Source: Heptranchias perlo
Taxonomy: Eukaryota
DNA length: 64,000 nt
Direction of reading: 5' to 3'
Assembly (NCBI RefSeq): GCF_035084215.1
Contig: NC_090352.1
Coordinates: 24,428,001-24,492,000 of the forward strand
The notes under the pieces were generated by a model. That model was not told the origin of the DNA, made no database searches, and saw only the letters and a list, made by a program, of their open reading frames with translations. The position numbers and the translations under genes are program-made. Below are positions 13,241 to 25,142 of the stretch, piece after piece. Every line of letters starts with the position of its first letter. Position 1 is the first letter of the stretch.

Positions 13241-13591
13241 TTTTTTCTTCTCTTTGTCACCTAAGGAAAGGTTACAGCCATAACAGAATTGCTTGCAGTC
13301 TACCCCAGTCCTCCTCGCACCTGCTCAGTCATTTATTCCGAAGTTTTTGATTGACCTTTGACCTAACACCTCGTGCCACCTTCATCGAGGGTGGGGGCGA
13401 GGGGTGGTGGGGGGTTGCAGGCGCATTGGAATATAGTATTTTGCCTGTGGGCTGCTAGTACCAAAAGCTGCATTTTCAGCCATACACACACACACACACA
13501 AACACTGTGTACTTTGTTAAGGAACGTAGTGTTAGAAAGATGCAGCAGTATTTGGACTTTCTTTTGCTTCTTTCTTCGACATAAGGTGACA

Positions 13592-13700
13592 AAGAAAGAC
13601 TTGCATTTATGTAGTGCCTTTCATGACCTCAGGACTCCCAAAGTACTTTACATCCAATTAAGTATTTTTGAAGTGTAGTCACTGTTGTAATGTAGGAAAT
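13592..13700 (-). mobile_element. 3' tail of a Deu-domain-like SINE
   Basis: aaagaaagacttgcatttat...cccaaagtacttta...tttgaagtgtagtcactgttgtaatgtaggaaa is the reverse complement of the tail of 44350-44722. Confidence 0.7.
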
Positions 13701-13954
13701 AGATAATAATGAGTAATAGATAAAATTGCTATGATTTTTTTTTACCTTTCAATCAACCTCACAAAAGGTTCATTGGAAAAAGATGATATGCATTCTGTAA
13801 CTTCTGTTTCCAACAAACTGATCTGTTCTCATATTTTGACTAATTGATCTCGGGAGAAATTGTAAAACTGGATCATGTGGTTACGTGCACCTGTGATATG
13901 ATTTTCCTCAAGTTCACATTGGTGTGTTGACATTCGAGCCCCTCTCATGATCTA

Positions 13955-14072
13955 TAAGTTTGCAGGGCGATGGAGAAAGAGCGGGGGAGTGGTACTAATT
14001 GGATAGCTCCTTCAAAGACCCGTCACAGACAGGATGGGCCGAAGGGCCGTGTTCTGTGCTGTATGATTTCTA
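13955..14072 (+). mobile_element. CR1-type 3' tail
   Basis: tttgcagggcgatggagaaagagcggggg...gatgggccgaagggcc...tgtgctgtatgatttctat; homologous to 50295-50455. Confidence 0.6.
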
Positions 14073-14829
14073 TATAATATGTCTGATTTATGACATCATT
14101 CTACTTCTACTTACATGATGAGAACAGTCCCATATACTATATAGAAAAATATAAGATCATGGGAGTTAAATTGGATAACCCCTGAAAATGAGGGGATCGG
14201 TGTACGCAATTAACCTGCACCCGTTCATTGCATTGTCTGCAGTACGTTAAATTGATTTACATGATTGCTGCGCTGTTCATTGGCTGCACCTCAAATGCAC
14301 CTCCCTCTTAAATGGGAGGTGCATTTGATTTGTATTGAAGGTGAAGACAACTGAAAAACAAGCCTGTGCCATGCTATTGTATCATTAGTGATGAAATTGA
14401 ACAATTTCAGCTTCTGCTGACTGGCTTATTCACATTTTGTACTGAGTCTACAAAACAAAGGGTAAAACCTCGGGATGGCTGAAAGCCTCATCGAAGCTTC
14501 TGCTAAGTTTGGAAAATGGAACAAAGTACATTTGTGCTGAACACGCAGGGGAAAATCTTAACCTCATTCTAATGTACGTGAGGTATAAGGCCTCAGGCTA
14601 CCAAAGTTACAGCAATACATTGACAATGTTCATTGTAATATCCATAGACATTTGTCTGCTTGATTTTTTATTTTAATAAACACTTTAACCAGTATTCATA
14701 GACTGTATGGCTTAATTTAAAAAAGAATAAATGTTTGCTTATATCACAGCAGTGAGTGTAATGCCAATGTGATGATGCACTTTTCTTTCCTAGTCTCATA
14801 CATGCTCTTGTCCCCTTCACACAATAGCT

Positions 14830-15130
14830 CAATGACTGCAGACCAAGAAGGTGCCAGGTTTATCTCAGTCTATGTTGAGTTAGCTAACCTCAGCTAGAAG
14901 ATAGTGATAATGCTCCAATTGGCCTTAGTTTTACTTAGCCCCAATCACGATCATAGCGACCCCTTGTTTGTGTGGACGGTCAGTACAGAGCTAAGTTCAG
15001 AGTTGACGGCCTTCACAGTTAAATAGCTCATGGAATCATTGCTGAATTGATTCATGAAGAGCTCTTAGTTGGACTCAGTTTCAGAGGGCCCATGGAATTG
15101 CTCCATTAAGGATAAGTACTCAAAAAATGA
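14830..15130 (+). mobile_element. tRNA-derived SINE (second family), degenerate
   Basis: Shares its core with 9515-9770 and 56670-57030. Confidence 0.4.
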
Positions 15131-15959
15131 ACACTTTTGCCTTAAGATTAAGGGTATTGTAATTTAGCAGCTGTTGCAAGACATAATTGCAAAGCATTTT
15201 CAACAAGATTACAAAATAGGGTGCCTGACTGATCATGTGACATCATCAACACCAAAAAAGGTGATATTCAGCAGTTAGTGCTGGTTATGAAATATTTAAC
15301 AACATTTTTCAAACAAATTATGCCAAATCATATATTATTTTCTTCAATATGATCTCCTACAATTTTACTTCGCATTTGCAAAATAATTTCAATTAAATTT
15401 CACATGTACAATTTTAGGTGAGCTGAACTGAGTGGAGTGATATACAACAGGCCATGCTTGGTATAAATATGGGCTTTCAGTTTCTACACAAAAAATTTGT
15501 TGGACCTGCAGAGAATATAAAGGACAAAAAATGGGCAGAAACCTAGGTCTTATCTCCTCAAAAGTGCAAGAGGTGGAGAGAAGGACGGACATCCTGTATC
15601 CACAAGGGGGCAGGTGGCCCTCCAGACATATGCTCAGGAGGCAGTGGGAGGAAGTAGTGGTGGAGATCAATGCCAGTAGTATAGCTCCAAGAACATGGAT
15701 GCAATGCAGGAAGAAGTTCAATAATCTGACACGAGTTGTTAAGGTGAGTGAATTCAATCTTCAAATGCATATCCTACCAATTGCACCACCAGCCTCATCC
15801 ACTGCTCAATTCACTACATCCCCATCACCCACCTACCAACAATCTCTTTCAATCAGTACTCAACCCCTCAATTCATATGGCTTATCTCACCCTCACACAC
15901 TCAGCACTGTTGCAAGCCTCAGATTCACAGCTCACACTCACTGGCAACTTTCAACCATA

Positions 15960-16166
15960 ATGTGGAGATGCCGGTGATGGACTGGGGTGGACAAATGTAA
16001 GGAATCTTACAACACCAGATTATAGTCCAACAGTTTTAGTTGAAAATCACAAGCTTTCGGAGGCTTTCTCCTTCGTCAGGTCACCTGACGAAGGAGAAAG
16101 CCTCCGAAAGCTTGTGATTTTCAAATAAAACTGTTGGACTATAACCTGGTGTTGTAAGATTCCTTA
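15960..16166. mobile_element. Palindromic Penelope-like terminal-repeat insertion with a 13-bp TSD
   Basis: Arms 15998-16081 and 16083-16166 are inverted with 2 mismatches. TSD ctttcaaccatRa at 15948-15960 and 16168-16180. Nearly identical to 41119-41206 and homologous to 30532-30657. Confidence 0.85.
16081..16117 (+). ncRNA. Minimal type I hammerhead ribozyme motif (mirror copy on the minus strand)
   Basis: tcac-CTGACGA-a-ggag-aaagc-ctcc-GAAA-gctt-gtga: catalytic core, stem II, stem I tcac/gtga and a palindromic AAGCTT stem III. Confidence 0.7.
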
Positions 16167-17894
16167 GCTTTCAACCATGACAGCTACATCACCCAAACAT
16201 CTTGCAGGACATTCGCTGACAAAGTTCCCTCTTTCTTGCAGGAGAAGATGACTCATAACAGGAGGCAGCAACAAACAACTGGAGGCGGACAAGCTCGCCT
16301 ACACGTTTTAACCCCCATGGAGGAGACAGTGCTGGCCATCATGGGAATGGACATCGCTGAGGCCATGGCCACTGGCAGTGCTGGAGGGATCAATGAGAAG
16401 GGTCTCTGCACACCGAATCCTCCTCCCCTCTTCCCACTTCTCCTTCATCCCACAATCTTTTCTGACTCACGTGCTGCAGATGGTGTAAGCACGCATTTCT
16501 TACTTTCCCCTCTCCCCTCACCACAACCCAACCCTTGTTCCTTTTTCATTTCAGATATCCAAGAACTGGAACCTTCCCAGTCAGAGGAGGAAGAAGAAGA
16601 AGACAGTGATGATGAAGAGACACCGTCACTCAATCCTACACTCGCAGCCATCAGCTCAGAGACTGACACTGCGCGTACTTTAGAGGCTAGGATAGAGGAG
16701 GGATCTGCACGTGGTGAGACACCGGGCACAAGTGCGCAGGAGCTAGGGCGGGGGAAAAGGATACCGCAGTTGCCAGCTCACAGAGGGTGAGGTCAACACT
16801 AGTTCTGCTGCAGAGGAGTCAGATGAGGAATTTGATGGCCCAAGCTACAGAAGAAGGCTGATGGGCGTGTACAACCAAATGCCAGGTGCACTAGAAAGCC
16901 TGCGCATAATGTCAGGGAGCATAGAGTCATCTAGCTCCAACTTGGCACAGAGCTTGAAGCCCATCCTTTCCAACATGGAACAGGTGGTCACCTCCACCAG
17001 CACACCTGTGGAAGCCGCCATGATGCAGCGTCTGATAACCAATGTCACAGTTTCCAGTGCAGCATAAACAGCTTACATCAAAGGTCTGACTGCTGCCTTG
17101 GAAGCTCAAACTGCTGCTATCGTGGCTCTGGGTACCACTGTTGAAAGGGGCGTCTAGCGTGTCATAGCAGTCCAGCAATTTGTTGTCCAACAGATCACCA
17201 GGATTGCTGAGGCACTGCCCTGGGAGAGTGGCAGTGGTTCCATGGAAGAGGAAGCTGCTGTCCTCTCTCAGGATGACAGCATTCCTGTTCCCACCCCTGC
17301 CACTCCACCAGTGCCCTTGCCTGTCATCCAGCCAGCCCAGACTGCTGCAGCCCAGTCTGAGATGGTGCAGTCTGAAGGCAAGCCCTTTAAGCCCAGAGCT
17401 GCTCAAGGTCATCCTCCAAGGCCATCTTCAGTCTCCTCAATTGAAGGTCAGCAGCCTTCCACCACCCATGCTGCAGCCACTGGGGAAGCACCTCATAGGA
17501 GCACTAGGTGTAATAAACTGGAAAGCCAGGTGGTGAAGGATAGAATACTAGAGCCTGATCTTCAGTTGCTTCCAAGCCTTTATTCACAGAGATCCACATT
17601 ACACCCACACCACACACAAGATCAGCTCTCTTATAAATGGATACAAGAGAGTTCCCAATTGATATGCACCACCTGAATACAATTAACACTAATTGATATA
17701 AATCACATGGATACAATTAACACTAGGAAAGATAAAGGCACACGAAAGACAGGCACTAAGGGAATGCACACGGGTGAATAGTTTCATTTTGTACGCATTA
17801 TTTAATGAGTAAATTGACAAATTTGAATTTGCATTTGGTTTTGGTAGTGGTTTTTATTTCTGTTGTGACCTGAGGGAGGAACTAATATGTGTTG

Positions 17895-18695
17895 TTAGAA
17901 AGAGGATGATGTGATGGTCAATGATAAAGGAAAGGTAAGGAGTGTGGAACATATGGTGAAAGGGGAGGTGTAGTTGAGGTTACTGGTATTGTTCATAAAT
18001 AATCTGATCATGTAGAGCCCTGGCAAAAAGGACCTGTCTACATTGTAACCTCCCTTCCTCTTCCTCTTGCACTTCCTCCTGCTCCTACTCCCTCTTCTGG
18101 CAGCTCGTCCTGCTCTACTTGGCCTCTCTTCATTCTCCCAGGCATGTTTAATTCCCAGAAGAAGCCCTATCAGACCACCCATGTCTGAAGCAACTTTTCT
18201 CAGCACAATATTTTAAATGACACAAAAGGTACTGCAAGACCAGCCAGATCACACCCTGTAGAGTACTTACTTAAACTTTAGCCAAGTATAGGAAACCTCC
18301 AAAAATGTGTACAATTGCACCATCAGCCAGAAGAAATAATCCAGCAACTAACCTGTAAGTACTTCATGATCCTTTTAAATAGCGCTGGAGGGGGGTTCTT
18401 CATGCGATTTAACATCGTGTTCAGCTGTGCGAGGCTGAGACAGGGCGTTGGATGGAGTGTGGAGTTGCAAAATGACAGCGATAGCTTCAAATCCGCCTTG
18501 CTACTGATTCGCGTCATAATCTCCCTACTGTCATCATGCTGCCAGTGGTGGTTAGGCGCGCGCGCAAACCTGTTTACCAAGATGGCGTCCTGTGCACTTC
18601 CTGTCGGAAATGTGATCTCGGACCCCATTTTCAAGTCTTAGTTGGCCACGTAGCGCCTAAAAAATGGGTGTTAAATGGCCCAATTTAAACCCCCC
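17895..18695 (-). mobile_element. Harbinger transposase-side remnant (internally deleted) and GC-rich terminus
   Basis: Convergent with the Myb gene. It encodes an Arg-rich leader (MGGLIGLLLG...RAARRGSRSRRK) with no DDE core. The CpG-rich subterminal region ends cccaatttaaacccc. Confidence 0.5.
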
Positions 18696-19293
18696 CCCCC
18701 CACCACATGTTTTAATCTTATTTTTTGGTTCTGGCCCAAACATTATTTTCAGCCTTCACTGTAGTTGTTTATTTAGAGTAGTTGCTTCGCATATCATCCT
18801 CAGAAGGCCACATTCCTTCACTATTTACCAACTTCAGGCAAAAGATTACAGGTCTATTATTTAGTTGTCATTAGTAATATATACTGGACAGTACAACCTT
18901 TGATCCAGCTCAGTGGCCCTTTAACAATTTGAGTAATGAATTTGCTACACCCTTTAGTACATCAATGTGATTTCTATCAATAAATATACACAGCAGTAGT
19001 TCATAACAGAATTATTAACAGAAAAAATATGTAATTTATGGTTTTTTAATTTATAATTTAGTAAATAGTACATTCTATAATTTCAGTGTCGGTGCAGGAT
19101 AACGTAACATGTGACTGGAAAAGCAAAGGATTGTTATACATGTGAAGATGGTCAAACTATTGTTATCTGCACGCTACCTACTGATGTCAGTTCGTGTATT
19201 TATCGCATCATAAAAATAACGATGAGCAGCAAAATCAGAATTATATCACTTTGTATGAAGGGCTTGTGCAGCTTTAATAGCTTCAATTGGCAC

Positions 19294-19655
19294 TTTTGTT
19301 TTTTTTTAAAATTTGCAAGCCGTAGCATTATTTGTTGTGTAGGTACACCGACAGTTTGTGCAGTGCAGGAGGAAGCCATTGCAGTGCGTCTGAACTTGGG
19401 GTGGTCCCATCACGGACCCTATTCCTGAATCTGCGACACACCACCTTCGGGTGCCTCATGTGACCTGTACCAGTTGTGTTTCGCCTTTTGGCCATAGCAC
19501 TTCACTCATACTTCCTCTTTCTCTTGGCAGGGTAGGCACATTTACCGCAGATCGATTTCTGCAGGTGAACGCTTTAGCCCCATACTGCCGGCAAGGATTG
19601 TGCATCTTGTTCCGCCTCTTACCAGTTCCGAGCCCTTCAAAGTCATCAAAAGATC
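19294..19655 (-). pseudogene. RPL37: Processed pseudogene of 60S ribosomal protein L37 (eL37)
   Basis: The minus strand from the ATG at 19646 gives, across indels, [74 protein letters not shown]. This matches RPL37 (GKRRNKTHTLCRRCG...[41 protein letters not shown]). It is intronless, with an A-tail remnant at 19294-19307. Confidence 0.92.
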
Positions 19656-20836
19656 TCGTGTGTACCTCACACCCTGGTGAACTGACTCATACTGTAAGGC
19701 GGTGACTTTCAAAGTTTTCTTTGCAGGGGATCTCCCTGAAATTCTCAGCACACTCACGTTCTAACTTCCAAAAGATAATGACTGCTACACAAAGGGAAGG
19801 AATGCTGTCATTGCAGAAAACATTCTTTAGCGGCATACAGCAACAGAATGAATGTACTAATAAGTAAACAAACACCAAAAATCAGAAAAACTATAGGTCT
19901 TGAAAATTCATGAGGGCCCTCCCCGATCCCCTGCCATAATGTTAGCGGGAAACCTGCCCAACCCTTCAAGAAGCAGCGTAAATGGCCAGGAATTTTGTAT
20001 TCTATAGCCCAGAAAATCAGTGGAGAGCTCTGCTGAACTTGGGGATTTTCAGGCCATAGAATATAAAATTCCCGAGTCGCCCCTCTCATGGTGGAATGTA
20101 TGCCAGTCCCCAGAAAGATAGAAACTTCTTGACCTCGCTGTTTCCAGTTTGAAAAGTCTTTGTTATAAGCGGATCAGACCACAAAACCAACACACAACTG
20201 AGTCTTGTCTAGTTATTGCAAGTGTGTTCTTTTCACACCAAGGCTTTTGATATTTAGTTTTTACTTTTTGATTTAATTTTGTTGGTTTCATTTACATATT
20301 TTAAGTACATTTTATAATTATAGAAGAAGCTACATAAGAGGAGTCTCATTAACTATAGTCATTTTTGCAAATGACCCGACCGTGCTTATTCTCTTTATTA
20401 TACCTGTTACCAGGAAAAGGGAAAATCTTCACATTGATTAAACTCTGATCTGTAAGGATAAATCTTTTAAAAAAATCTCAAGTTAAACTCTCTGTTTCAA
20501 AGCAAAGCTTTCACCTGATTTCTGAATGTAAGGAATAAAAAAAGATTCAGTGGACAGGTTGAGGCCTAGTCATATAGAAGACCTCATTAGTGTGATTGCA
20601 TGACAGTGCTTTCAAAAGGAAAAATAATTAGATGAAAGGAATTACAGCATAACTACGTGAGACTAGTTTATAAACTGACTAATTAAGGTAAGGTCATTCA
20701 TGTTTAAACTATCTCAATGCATCAGTGATTGCAGTAGAAAGTTGGATAGCTTCAGCAGCCCCATGAATGATTCCATAATGTGCTGTGTATTGGAACCACC
20801 CACCACCCCCCCCCCCCCCCCGCCTTTTGCCAGTCC

Positions 20837-20911
20837 GCCACTGGATAGCTCAGTCAGTTGAGTTCAAGACTGAAGGCTGGAAGCTCTTTGGTTTGACCCT
20901 GGAAGGGCTCA
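20837..20911 (+). pseudogene. Degenerate tRNA-like sequence, probably derived from tRNA-Phe(GAA)
   Basis: atagctcag (D arm/A box), agactGAAg (anticodon loop) and ggtttgaccc (decayed T loop/B box), with tRNA-like spacing. The stems are largely broken. Confidence 0.45.
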
Positions 20912-21441
20912 CTCTTTTACACACATCCTTTTAAGGTGGATGGAATTAGTTTTAGGGTTGGAGCAAAAAACAAGAAATGTATCACACTCTTGCTGTGTTT
21001 CTTGGCTGTTTGGCATTTGGGATCAATGCTGAACCCAATAGGCATTTTGTTTCCTAGTCTGTGGGCAATGAGTGAAATAACGTTGAAAGGGTCTCAATTT
21101 ATCAAATTTCATGAATCCAATATGCAGTGTTTTATTTGGTGTTGTCTCTTCTGGTGGTGAAAGAATTGACTAAAGTCCTCCTGGGGATCAAAGCCCCAAA
21201 CTACAAGGGGAATTTCCTTGGAGTTTCTAATGAGATAATGATAATCACAGGGCAAGAATGGACTACCCTATTCAGTGTGTTTCTACATATACAAATGAGA
21301 TCTTATGGTTTATTAATGAACTGGATAGTCAAGATCCCTGAAACCCCAAAGTCTAGCTTGAAGGAGGGTCAATTCTTTGATTCTCTCACAGAATCCAGAT
21401 TGTTGGTGCTAAAAGCCTGTGGAACCTACCAGACTTAAAAG

Positions 21442-24055
21442 TTTATTTATTTATTTTTTATTCGTTCACGGGATGTGGGCGTCGATGGCAAGGCCGGCAT
21501 TTATTGCCCATCCCTAATTGCCCTCGAGAAGGTGGTGGTGAGCCGCCTTCTTGAACCGCTGCAGTCCGTGTGGTGACGGTTCTCCCACAGGGCTGTTAGG
21601 AAGGGAGTTCCAGGATTTTGACCCAGCGACAATGAAGGAACGGCAATATATTTCCAAGTCGGGATGGTGTGTGACTTGGAGGGGAACGTGCAGGTGGTGT
21701 TGTTCCCATGCGCCTGCTGCCCTTGTCCTTCTAGGTGGTAGAGGTCGCGGGTTTGGGAGGTGCTGTCGAAGAAGCCTTGGCGAGTTGCTGCAGTGCATCC
21801 TGTGGATGGTGCACACTGCAGCCACAGTGCGCCGGTGGTGAAGGGAGTGAATGTTTAGGGTGGTGGATGGGGTGCCAATCAAGCGGGCTGCTTTATCTTG
21901 GATGGTGTCGAGCTTCTTGAGTGTTGTTGGAGCTGCACTCATCCAGGCAAGTGGAGAGTATTCCATCACACTCCTGACTTGTGCCTTGTAGATGGTGGAA
22001 AGGCTTTGGGGAGTCAGGAGGTGAGTCACTCGCCGCAGAATACCCAGCCTCTGACCTGCTCTCGTAGCCACAGTATTTATATGGCTGGTCCAGTTAAGTT
22101 TCTGGTCAATGGTGACCCCCAGGATGTTGATGGTGGGGGATTCGGCGATGGTAATGCCGTTGAATGTCAAGGGGAGGTGGTTAGACTCTCTCTTGTTGGA
22201 GATGGTCATTGCCTGGCACTTATCTGCCTGCCACTTATGAGCCCAAGCCTGGATGTTGTCCAGGTCTTGCTGTATGCAGGCTCGGACTGCTTCATTATCT
22301 GAGGGGTTGCAAATGGAACTGAACACTGTGCAGTCATCAGCGAACATCCCCATTTCTGACCTTATGATGGAGGGAAGGTCATTGATGAAGCAGCTGAAGA
22401 TGGTTGGGCCTAGGACACTGCCCTGAGGAACTCCTGCAGCAATGCCCTGGGGCTGAGATGATTGGCCTCCAACAACCACTACCATCTTCCTTTGTGCTAG
22501 GTATGACTCCAGCCACTGGAGAGTTTTCCCCCTGATTCCCATTGACTTCAATTTTACTAGGGCTCCTTGGTGCCACACTCGGTCAAATGCTGCCTTGATG
22601 TCAAGGGCAGTCACTCTCACCTCACCTCTGGAATTCAGCTCTTTTGTCCATGTTTGGACCAAGGCTGTAATGAGGTCTGGAGCCGAGTGGTCCTGGCGGA
22701 ACCCAAACTGAGCATCGGTGAGCAGGTTATTGGTGAGTAAGTGCCGCTTGATAGCACTGTCGACGACACCTTCCATCACTTTGCTGATGATTGAGAGTAG
22801 ACTGATGGGGCGGTAATTGGCCGGATTGGATTTGTCCTGCTTTTTGTGGACAGGACATACCTGGGCAATTTTCCACATTGTCGGGTAGATGCCAGTGTTG
22901 TAGCTGTACTGGAACAGCTTGGCTAGAGGCGCAGCTAGTTCTGGAGCACAAGTCTTCAGCACTACAGCTGGGATGTTGTCAGGGCCCATAGCCTTTGCTG
23001 TATCCAGTGCACTCAGCCGTTTCTTGATATCACGTGGAGTGAATCGAATTGGCCGAAGACTGGCTTCCATGATGGTGGGGATATCGGGAGGAGGCTGAGA
23101 TGGATTATCCACTCGGCACTTCTGGCTGAAGATGGTTGCAAACGCTTCAGCCTTGTCTTTTGCACTCACGTGCTGGACTCCGCCATCATTGAGAATGGGG
23201 ATGTTTGCAGAGCCTCCTCCTCCCGTTAGTTGTTTAATTGTCCACCACCATTCACGACTGGATGTGGCAGGACTGCAGAGCTTTGATCTGATCCGTTGGT
23301 TGTGGAATCGCTTAGCTCTGTCTATAGCATGTTGCTTCCGCTGTTTAGCATGCATGTAGTCCTGAGTTGTAGCTTCACCAGGTTGGCACCTCATTTTTAG
23401 GTACGCCTGGTGCTGCTCCTGGCATGCTCTTCTACACTCCTCATTGAACCAGGGTTGATCCCCTGGCTTGTTGGTAATGGTAGAGTGAGGAATATGCTGG
23501 GCCATGAGGTTACAGATTGTGCTGGAATACAATTCTGCTGCTGCTGATGGCCCACAGCGCCTCATGGATGCCCAGTTTTGAGCTGCTAGATCTGTTCTGA
23601 ATCTATCCCATTTAGCACGGTGGTAGTGCCACACAACACGTTGGATGGTGTCCTCAGTGTGAAGACGGGATTTCATCTCCACGAGGACTGTGCGGTGGTC
23701 ACTCCTACCAATACTATCATGGACAGATGCATTTGCGACAGGTAGATTGGTGAGGACGAGGTCAAGTAAGTTTTTCCCTCGTGTTGGTTCGCTCACCACC
23801 TGCCGCAGGTCCAGTCTAGCAGCTATGTCCTTCAGGACTCGGCCAGCTCGGTCAGTAGTGGTGCTACCGAGCCACTCTTGGTGATGGACATTGAAGTCCC
23901 CCACCCAGAGTACATTTTGTGCCCTTGCTACCCTCAGTGCTTCCTCCAAGTGGTGTTCAACATGGAGGAGGACTGATTCATCAGCTGAGGGAGGACGGTA
24001 GGTGGTAATCAGCAGGAGGTTTCCTTGCCCATGTTTGACCTGATGCCATGAGATT
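21442..24055 (-). mobile_element. 5'-truncated young copy of the tRNA-headed APE-RT LINE (CR1 group)
   Basis: Nearly identical to 37617-40233 in inverted orientation, with an (AATA)n/A tail at 21442-21462. Confidence 0.95.
21514..24055 (-). CDS. APE endonuclease (N-terminally truncated) plus reverse transcriptase ORF
   Basis: Motifs GDFN, LDLV, SDH, PWFN, GPD, YRPISLL, QFGFR, LDIKAAFD, GVPQGSVLGP and FADD. The frame is open but has a 12-bp deletion (WQADKC vs WQVTFMPDKC). The first ~37 aa of the ORF-track protein are flanking DNA. Confidence 0.85.
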
Positions 24056-25142
24056 ATTGTCTTCAAGGAGCAAGTTGAAGGACTTGGTTGCATGATACAC
24101 AAAGAATTCAGACTTTTTTTGGTCAAGATGATAGATTTTCTTTTTGTCCTGACAAGCCTTCCCACATTCAGTCATTAAACTCTGTGCCATCAGACAGAAA
24201 GCTGAAGAGGCTCAACATCTTTGATACAGGGCTGACCTAGAGTTGACCCTCCAGATGAAAGTTATAGGCAATTTTGCTTACATGGCTGAATGCCAACAGC
24301 TCATTTAGAGAAGGCTACAGGATTTGGTGAAGCAAGGCAAAGATTGAGAACCTGGTGCGGAAGCTTTCAAGGTGATTAGCTTTTCATCTGCCTGATCACA
24401 TTGAACGTAATGGACTCTGCAAAACAGCTGCCCAAGACTGGTAGTTTTGTGTGTACTATTTGCTAAGACCATCAGGGTGTGCAGGCTGAATTACTGGAAA
24501 TACCCATTGAAGATAGGTAGCTGTTCAACCCCTGGGTGAAGGATATTTTGGCTCAGCACAAAGAATCACAATTGCTCTCGGGTTCCCTTTGGATTTGTGG
24601 AGCTCATGGTAAAGTGGGTCGTTCTTTTCAGTGCAAAAAAAAAGTACAAGTATTCTTCAGGAAAGAAAGTTGGAGCAGATGATGACTCATAGAAGGGATT
24701 AAAGTAGCGTTTACAATTCTAGTGGTTTCTTCTTTTAAATAAATATAGTTTTTTTTGTTGAATTTTTGTGCTTGTTGAGGTAAGAAACATCAATGTTGGG
24801 ATAAAACTCTCTTTCACTTTTGGCTCCTATTATCAGCATCAAGCACACCCAGTTTAGCAGAAGCCCGATGTCGAATAAATCCCCCTCTAATCTGCCCCAA
24901 GCTCAGATCAGCTCCCCTCACTCTGCCAGTGTGAATTTTTCTATCTCCCATACGAGCTATACCATGACCTATTTGAGGAAAAGTTTTCAGTTTATGCCAA
25001 ATTGAGGCTAGTTTTGTGTTGCGTGGACCTGCACTGGCTAGAAATTGGTTTGAGACCGCCAAACTCATCTCGTGTAAAACCCTCACAGTGAACAGAGAAA
25101 GCAGACTTTCACCTATCTGCGCTAGATTTGAATCTTTCACAC

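Larger units (their letters stand above)
15531..17780 (+). pseudogene. Spliced Myb/SANT-like (MSANTD/NAIF1-type) gene of a PIF/Harbinger transposon, degenerate
   Basis: Exon 1 encodes ...LRRQWEEVVVEINASSIAPRTWMQCRKKFNNL (Myb/SANT-like). A phase-0 intron 15744-16241 (AAG|GTGAGT...TTGCAG|GAG) joins it to EKMTHNRRQQQTTGGG...LTPMEE. A phase-1 intron 16402-16554 follows, then an acidic exon 3 broken by a frameshift near 16790 and stops at 17065 and 17155. Confidence 0.75.

Noticed and set aside
14160-14340. Left terminus (gggagttaaattgg) of the Harbinger element ending at 18695
   Set aside because: Only ~13 bp of imperfect match. The intervening 1.2 kb looks like host DNA plus a SINE, so it is more likely a separate fragment.
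21551-23884. Antisense and alternate-frame ORFs repeated in both LINE copies
   Set aside because: They recur only because the copies are nearly identical, and they carry no domain motifs.
24056-24165. N-terminal ~37 aa of the 883-aa ORF as a real protein start
   Set aside because: Homology to the full-length copy stops at ~24055; the extension is chance read-through into flanking DNA from a non-ATG codon.
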